Assembly: GCA_040954595.2 (NCBI GenBank)
Contig: CM082598.2
Coordinates: forward strand, 3,592,565 to 3,656,564
DNA length: 64,000 nt
Source of the DNA: Balanoglossus misakiensis
Lineage: Eukaryota > Animalia > Hemichordata
Direction of reading: 5' to 3'
The translations under genes were made by a program, and so were the position numbers. The notes under the pieces were generated by a model. It had not been told where the DNA came from and did not search any database. It saw only the letters and a program-made list of their open reading frames with translations. Positions 56,035-64,000 of this stretch are shown one piece after another; position 1 is the stretch's first letter; every line of letters begins with the position of its first letter.

Positions 56035-59000
56035 ACTATACGTAAAAAGAACATCACAAAGATCTAATACAAGAAATGGAAAACCTACAACCGAATCCTT
56101 TCAAGAGATTATCATTTTTAATCAGAAAGCGATATGTCGCCGACGTTTTCCTTAAATGAAACTGAAATATAATTCACCTTTTTAAAGATTGTCTTTACCC
56201 TTGCACAGACAGGCTGAAATATTCCACTGTGAACCAGACAATCGTGATGTTCAGACATTGTGAACAGGGTTGTGGATAAGCAATATTTCAAACACCACAG
56301 ATTAATAGTTTGAGTCTATATGCACATGTCCGTGCAATACATACATTCAAAGTTCAAGTGTTTGTTCTGGAATTAAAGTCAGTTTTAATGTGCCGCACCT
56401 GCTCAGTCATAGATATAATTCAAATTTCTCCCTATCATTAGATGATGGATAACACCGTTTTGAGTTTGCGGAGATTCTAATACCCATTTGTACAATTACG
56501 CTGACAGTTGTGTATTCTTGCAATGGGAGGATGAATAATTGGGTGTGGCACCCATTTATTATTGAACTTGTAACATGTACTGCAATGTACAGTCACAATT
56601 AGAGGTTGATAATCAGCGTGTGTATGCCTATCAGTAAACTCATTTAAATGGAGAAATTTAGCTTAAAAGTAAAATCGTGAAAATAATACAAACAAACGGC
56701 AGCTTATGGAGCTTTAATGGGTCGGTGTCTGAACTCAATATATAGAACGACATATGACCAGACCAGCTGCTCATCTGATATGTCTATAGATTTAAATTGT
56801 AAGCTTGATGGTGAAGGCAAATGTTGTGGGGGGAATACAGCAGCTGGCTTTATTTACATTTGATGAGTGGATTAGATAAGCCAAGATAACAATCAACATG
56901 GACTCCCATATTTCACTGGAAGACAGAAATAAAAATGTCATGTTTTGACACAGTAGAACTGAAAACACCAGAAGTATTTGCGTCTTACAAACACTGCAGA
57001 TTAATAAGTTGAGTCCGTGTGTATCCATATTGAAATCCATGATTTGTTATTCAAGTTTTTAAAGTTCAAAGTTTGTATAAGCAGTGAACAGTACAAGCAG
57101 TATACATTCTTTGTTTTTCTCATCCGCAGAAACTGAAATTAATAATTGGACCTCATCTTCGAATCCCAACCAATTATAGCCATCGGCTGGGTGGCAATCA
57201 TTTGCATAATTGTGTAAGAATTGACTTCATTCATGTTGTCTGCTTTGACTTCACGGCTTTCAGCTTGTCACTTCCCCAAATTTAGCATTAACGGTCACGT
57301 ATGGACTCGTGCTTGATTCAGAACACACCATAGACACTCACTGGCTTGTCTGATTTTACCTGTACGCAAGACACAGATAGCCTCACCCATTCATTGGCCT
57401 TCTTGTATTAAAATAACCGAGCAGTAGTTTGACCGTGGCTATTGACACCAACTGTTGCTAAGGCACGTAACACAAAAGAATAACCTGTGTCACTACGGTA
57501 TAATCTGATTACACGACCAGTTGCATTCAATGTTCATTTTCCCCGAATCACTGGTTGTCTAGTTTTAAGAAACACAGTGGTGAGCCTCTTCTGATCATAC
57601 AATTACAAATGCCCGAATCCAGCATTTCAGCTCTAACCATCTTCCGCACAAAGAATTTACATTTAGCCTCAAGAAAGCATCCGCAGGCTTTATAACCCAC
57701 ACAAAGGAGACACATCGACGAAAACAAAGTAATAAAAGAAGGACCTTGTCACAGCATTCACACCAAATTGCTGCGTTTTTTTAATTAACGAAGGATGTTG
57801 GTTATTGGCTAGACAGACTGGCTAAATTAAACCGCGAAGCTGAAAAGGCAAACTATTGATTGCCACAAATTAAATTAATCACTCAAGTTTGAATTGATCA
57901 GTAATACACTTACTGGTGGTTCGACTCCTCGCGTGTTTTTCACGTACAACGCTGAGTTTGTGACTTTTTAAAAAATAAACCACACTTGAAAACATCTAGG
58001 AGTAGAAAAATACATGTACACCATATTAATGATTTCAACATACTTTACTCAGCACAGAAGCAAAATGATACTTCATTCAATGTATTTACAATGAGACTGT
58101 TCAGATAGTGACCTTCTTGATCTAAGACTTCGTCTTTTCACGTTTTTGCTGCAAATTTTACGTTATTTTCATTTCATATCAAACCATATCCAAGCGTATA
58201 CCACTGTTCAGTAGAATGAATGCAGATAAGGACAATAGTCAAATCAATATAATTACAAGACTTTCACTTTAAGTACCATTACTTCAAAAACATTTTTCTT
58301 TTCTCTCAAAAATCTTGCAGTTTTTCCTCAGCCTATTTACATGTATATTGCGAGCAGAATTCTACAATGTACAGCCTTGCCAACCAGCATCTGCAACCAT
58401 CTGCAGCAATATGCCATCTATGCTATCGATCTCTGCCAGAAAGAGATTAGCACACACTACAGGAAGCATTAGTACCATGAGATGCTCTGATAACATCTTG
58501 GCTTCTAATAGGTCAGTGCACTTTCATACTAAAATGATAGGTATTTCAGAACTGCGGAAAATCTATCAGACGTTTTGTGCAGTAACAGCTTCAAATCTGC
58601 TATTTAAAGAACATGTACGACATAAATCGAATTACGAGAACTGTTAACTTGACCAAACAAGCTTCTGTGTAAAATGTGTGATGTCTCATTTAATTGTGCA
58701 CAATGTGTGATGTCATGTTTAGTCCCTGTATCGCCTAAATTTCGACGTATATCCCATCCATACAAACCAATTACGACATTATTGATGACGAGATCACATT
58801 CTGAAATAGTGAGGTACATGCATGTCGTACGTTCTGAAATAACCAGGCTGACCCCTGTGCAACTTTTGTCTGATCACGTTTGCTTCACCGATTCTCAAAA
58901 CTGCATAGTAATTACGTCGAAGAATGATCTCTCTGCAGACAAATTGAGTATTGCATACCTTAAGTGTCTTATCTATTATATGTACCTTTTCCTGGCTCTG

Positions 59001-59685
59001 CCGAAGGGACATGAAATCTTAGATGTGCATGTTGAACTTGCGAGTTAATGGCCTGAAAAACCCCTGCTGAGAAAGCTGAAGTCTCCAGTATTCAATCACG
59101 TAATCTCGTCCTCCGCATGAATTGATATGGGGTAGTCAAGGTAAGGCTAATTACGTTTTGGATAATACTCCTACCCCCAAACTCCTTGACTATATAACCT
59201 TACGTTCAATCATTGCAAATAATGCTAACAGTGAATGACTTCAGAAGGACGCCAGTTACATCATCTTGTCTGCAGGATGTCAAACCATTACCTTTGCTAG
59301 ATCAATGTAAATGCACCAGACTGTCTTTTAGCAGTCTCTGGGTGACCCCATACTATTACAAGCTAGACTACAATATCTAGAAATTGACTTTTTGACTAGT
59401 GTTACTCTACAGTGCATCATCCGAGATATAATATCAATATTCTGCACAGATAATGAGTCATTCTTATTATATTTCAATATAAAACAATATTTATCAATAT
59501 ATTTTGCATATTATGAATACTAATCAAGTCACATTTTGCATTAGAAAAAGATGATCCTAGTAATTAAACATCATTGTATTTTATGGTATAGACACAGCCG
59601 ATGTACATGTATGTTATTCTGGCACTTTTTAAGTATAGGTTAAAAGGCCAGGGAGGGTGCCATCTGCCGTACCTGTGTGGGTGGT

Positions 59686-60188
59686 GGAACTGCTACAATG
59701 TACATCATTGCTAACAATGTGGTTGTTACTTTGTATTACACTGTAGTGGAACTGCTACAATGTACATCATTGCTAACAATGTGGTTGTTACTTTGTATTA
59801 CACTGTAGTGTAACTGCTACAATGTACATCATTGCAAACAATGTGGTTGTTACTTTGTATTACACTGTAGTGTAACTGCTACAATGTACATCATTGCAGA
59901 CAATGGGGTTGTTACTTTGTATTACACTGTAGTGTAACTGCTACAATGTACATCATTGCAAACAATGTGGCTGTTACTTTGTATTACACTGTAGTGTAAC
60001 TGCTACAATGTGCATCATTGCAAACAATGTGGTTGTTACTTTGTATTACACTGTAGTGTAACTGCTACAATGTACACCATTGCAAACAATGTGGTTGTTA
60101 CTTTGTATTACACTGTAGTGTAACTGCTACAATGTACATGTACCGGTACATCACTGCAAACAATGTGGTTGTTACTTTGTATTAAACT
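59686..60188 (+). repeat. 62-bp minisatellite array 3 (~8 copies)
   Basis: TACATC recurs at 59701, 59763 and 59825 (period 62). Confidence 0.95.
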
Positions 60189-61749
60189 ATGGTCGAACTG
60201 TTACAATGTACATCTGGTAGTAGTGTTGCATATATACAAACTATTCTGACATGCCAGATCTTGATATTTCTACATACTGGTACTTTAGGGAGTAGAACAA
60301 GAAATTGTTTCTTCAATTCAAAAGTGACTGCCATTGTACTTAAGTGCCCTTGGTGTGTATATAAGCAAGTTGGCATTCAATATGGTATGGTGACATGAAT
60401 ACCGAAGAAGAAGTTAACTGACATACTAAAATATTGGCCATTTTATGCAATTAGCAAACCCCAGCAAGTAATGTCACTGATATAGGGACATTAAGGTCCC
60501 TAAAAATAGTAAGAAATGTCAGTTGTGCGTAGTTCAACGTACGACGTTGACGCAAATCAAAATACGCAGACATCTTTGGATGTTGATTGACACACGAAAA
60601 AAACACGACAGTTGAAAACCAAAACCACATTTCTGCCATCAAAAACTTTGAAAAGAAATCAATTCTGGAACAGTCACCACAAAATCTAGAAAGATGGCGA
60701 AAAAAATTTATGATATGTAACAGAAAAATGCACAAACTCAGTTTCGATCTCACACAGAACTGGTATGTGGGGGTGACCCTCCTACTTGACCTCATGTCAA
60801 ATGATTGCTCATAACGGTCATATCTTTCCAGTGTTATCATGTCTACAGTGACACAACAAAACTATTCCATGTACATATAGATTTTTTTCAGCATGTGGTA
60901 AAACTGTTTACAAAATTTAGGTTATAGTGTCGGGTCATTTTAATCCACAAATTTATTTCCATAGCTTTTCACATAATGTATGTTAAAATATGCAAATATA
61001 TGTATCTGGAAAATTATTCCAACAATCTGAGCTCTTGCATTTTTATCATATCATTAGAACTGATATAGGGTGAACATTCAGTGCTCTGTGCAGTAACGAA
61101 CGTTTACAAAAAACTGTATAGAAACGTCAAAATCTTCCATTATTTTGAAGCACTAAAACACTGATTTGGAAAGAATTCTTATACGAAGACTTCAGAAGTA
61201 GAATTACAATTTTGAAAATTTGCTGTGTTAGTAAACTTTTGAGTGGCCCACTCTTCCGGCGAACATCTAGAATTTTATATTTGCATACTTCAGGTCAATA
61301 GACATTATTCACCAGCAATGACATGAACCAACAAGTGACTAAGGTCAGTTTGCAACAAACTAACAAAAGACAAAAACTAAAGTAACAAAATCAAACAAAG
61401 ATACACACTAACAAAGTGAAGTTTGTAACAAAGTAACAATTAAAATCTACAAGATAAGAGATACACTCACTAAGTTGCTACACCAATTTGTGCTCCAGTA
61501 CCCGTCTAATAAAGACTTTCCACGAGCCTGGAAATTTAATTTCCTAAATAGATAGACACCATGGATCATCGTTCGAGTGTGACGGACTGACACAAAAGTT
61601 CCAACGAAGAGAATGAATTAACTTTCAGAACACATCAATAATTCATGCAGTGTGACCACAGTAATTCCTGGATTAGAATGAACATCGATGGTTCATGGGA
61701 TTTGATTAAAGTATTGTGAAGTTAAGCGTTAAACACAATGCTAGATGTA

Positions 61750-62070
61750 TAGCAGTTATAATACAGTGTAATACAAAGTAACAAGCACATTGTTTGCAAT
61801 AATGTACATTGTAGCAGTTACACTACAGTGTAATACAATGTATCAACCACATTGTTTGCAATGATATACATTGTAGCAGTTACACTACAGTGTAATACAA
61901 AGTAACAATCACATTGTTTGCAATGATGTACATTGTAGCAGTTACACTACAGTGTAATACAAAGTAACAACCACATTGTTTGCAATGATGTACATTGTAG
62001 CAGTTACACTACAGTGTAATACAAAGTAACAACCACATTGTTTACAATGATGTACATTGTAGCAGTTACA
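61750..62070 (-). repeat. 62-bp minisatellite array 4 (~5 copies, reverse orientation)
   Basis: Same unit as array 2. Confidence 0.95.
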
Positions 62071-64000
62071 TCCACCCATCCTTTAAACTTGCAAAATTCA
62101 ACTGATCCAGAAAAATTTGCCAAATTGTAAATTTGTGACACACTATCAAGCAGAAAATTGCAATCACTGACATGGTCGACATTGAGCAGGAAGACATTAA
62201 GAAACATAAGAATGATTGCAAGTAATCTGTGTTTATTTTTCATAATGATCATTTGGATTCACGGAAATGATCCAAAAATCTCATCAGATCTGCCATTTGA
62301 CTTGAACTACCATTTTTCAAACGACCCTTGAACAAAGAGAATAGACATATTTTCTTCATTGAAAAAAAATCACAATTTGGGATAGATCAATAATTAATTC
62401 ATCATCCAAGCAATTTTTTCCCGACAGGATATTCGACTAATATATATTTGTCATCTATTTCCTGCACATGTCTCCTAAAGCTTCCTTTGTTTTCTCTTTC
62501 AGATACTATAATTTCCTTCATAGGTTGGTATTTTTTCTTTGTCTGGTTTCCAGTGGGAAAAACACAGGAAATAGGAAGGTGAAGCAACTACTTAGAGAAT
62601 TCTCTAGTGGTTTCAATAGCCAGATAGTCTTTCTGCATCATTAAATACTCACTGTCATGTACATGTACAATGTGACCTTGATTGTCAAGAATCTATATAA
62701 CTTTTTGGGGGATAAAATCTGTCATGAAAAATTCATCACTTTCTCAAAAGTCTAACTGCATTAATATCACTTTGATTTTTCCACAGAGAATAGATCATAT
62801 TCTTCCAGGAGAGCCCTGCATATGTGAGTGTGCAAGTTTTCCAACCATATACACAGTGTACGAAAATAGTTCAATTGGTGCCAATACGCAGAAAAATATC
62901 TACTATTAACTTCGAAGTATACAATGTACTTATGATGATCATGAAGATTATGATTACAAAACAACACATTAATAAGGAGCAGTGACGATAAACGGAACCA
63001 GTTTCAATAAATGTAGAAATTGTACACTAAGTTTAATTGCCCACTAAATAGTGATGAATTGAATTATTTTCCACCAACCCTTGATGTGTAACCATAGCAA
63101 CACAAACCACCATTCCTAACACTCAAAATTTACAAATAGAGTTTATGTTGCTTTCATGGGATTAACACAGGAAGTTGCATAAAAAGAGAACAGTTGTCAT
63201 CCGTGTGTACAAGCCCCGCTGCGTACTCGCAGTTAAGTCAATCTGCTAGCTGTCGTTTTGAAATCACAGAACACAATGCCCGGGACACTCCTGATAATTT
63301 CTCCCTGAGCTGACAACCAACAACACACAGAAATCACACGCTAGTATTTCCGAGGGAAGTCACTGATGGGCACTTTGGATGGTATTATCCTGCCCGACCG
63401 GGAATACTATCACTAATCCCATACATAAATCCTATTTTCCCCATCAGCAGGCTTTATCCGGCAGATTCCAGCTTTAGCAGGTAAGTACAGTATTCCCACT
63501 GGATGGGATTTTCACGTAGAAAGACAGGTTGAAAATTCAATGCAACATTACTAATGCAATGCATGATTCTTAAAAAAAACATCACGAATTTTTGTCATGG
63601 TTTTTTATATTATTCCTTTTATTTAAAATAATATGTAACAAATGAGTAAAATAATGTTAGTAATTTAGAAATGGAAAGAATCTCAATTTGTTAAACATTA
63701 ATTAGTTCGATTTCAGGCCCCATGTACATGTATTTGTTCCAATTGGTCAGGAGATCTGTGTTCGAATCCCATAAAAACACAAGTTGATTACCTTGGCAGT
63801 ATCAGAAACAATCGCGTTGCCAAATTTACGACTGATTTCTCGGTAATACTCCAAGGCTTTCGGGGAATGAATGAAGATTCATACTTCTTTTTACTACCAA
63901 TCTTCTCTGCACAATACTACGCCAATCTCACAGGCACTTGCAAAACCCATCAATTACGAGTGAAAATTATTAATATCAGTTAACGTGTGATCAGGAACTT

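Larger units (their letters stand above)
36645..64000 (-). other. KCNQ1: probable KCNQ1 intron 1 (>27 kb; exon 1 outside the window)
   Basis: Exon 2 begins at a good acceptor (36645-36646). I saw no YNFLERP-type exon-1 sequence and no other convincing gene upstream in the window. Confidence 0.65.

Noticed and set aside
63740-63775. tRNA B-box-like GTTCGAATCCC (also GGTTCGACTCC at ~57918)
   Set aside because: No cloverleaf and no properly spaced A-box.

Overview
This is eukaryotic (animal) genomic DNA: AT-rich with GT-AG introns, probably from a marine invertebrate deuterostome (inference, not determined). Positions 1-5284 are two arrays of an 87-bp satellite. The two arrays are diverged (~80% by hand alignment) reverse complements of each other and are joined inside the unit's internal palindrome. 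A 1.5-kb CT/CA microsatellite follows. Four spliced genes can be assembled by hand: a complete 6-exon R-Ras/RRAS2-like GTPase (-), a probable 2-exon uncharacterised ~556-aa protein (+) with an upstream RFX X-box, a complete 4-exon CRT-like (chloroquine-resistance-transporter family) membrane protein (-), and KCNQ1 exon 2 to the stop codon (-). KCNQ1 exon 1 was not found, so 36.6-64 kb is probably intron 1. Introns carry several MITE/hairpin families and four dispersed arrays of a palindromic 62-bp minisatellite in both orientations. One KCNQ1 intron contains a frame-compatible chain of candidate cassette/micro-exons. Most short ORFs in the supplied track are spurious. All alignments were done by eye; no database search was run.
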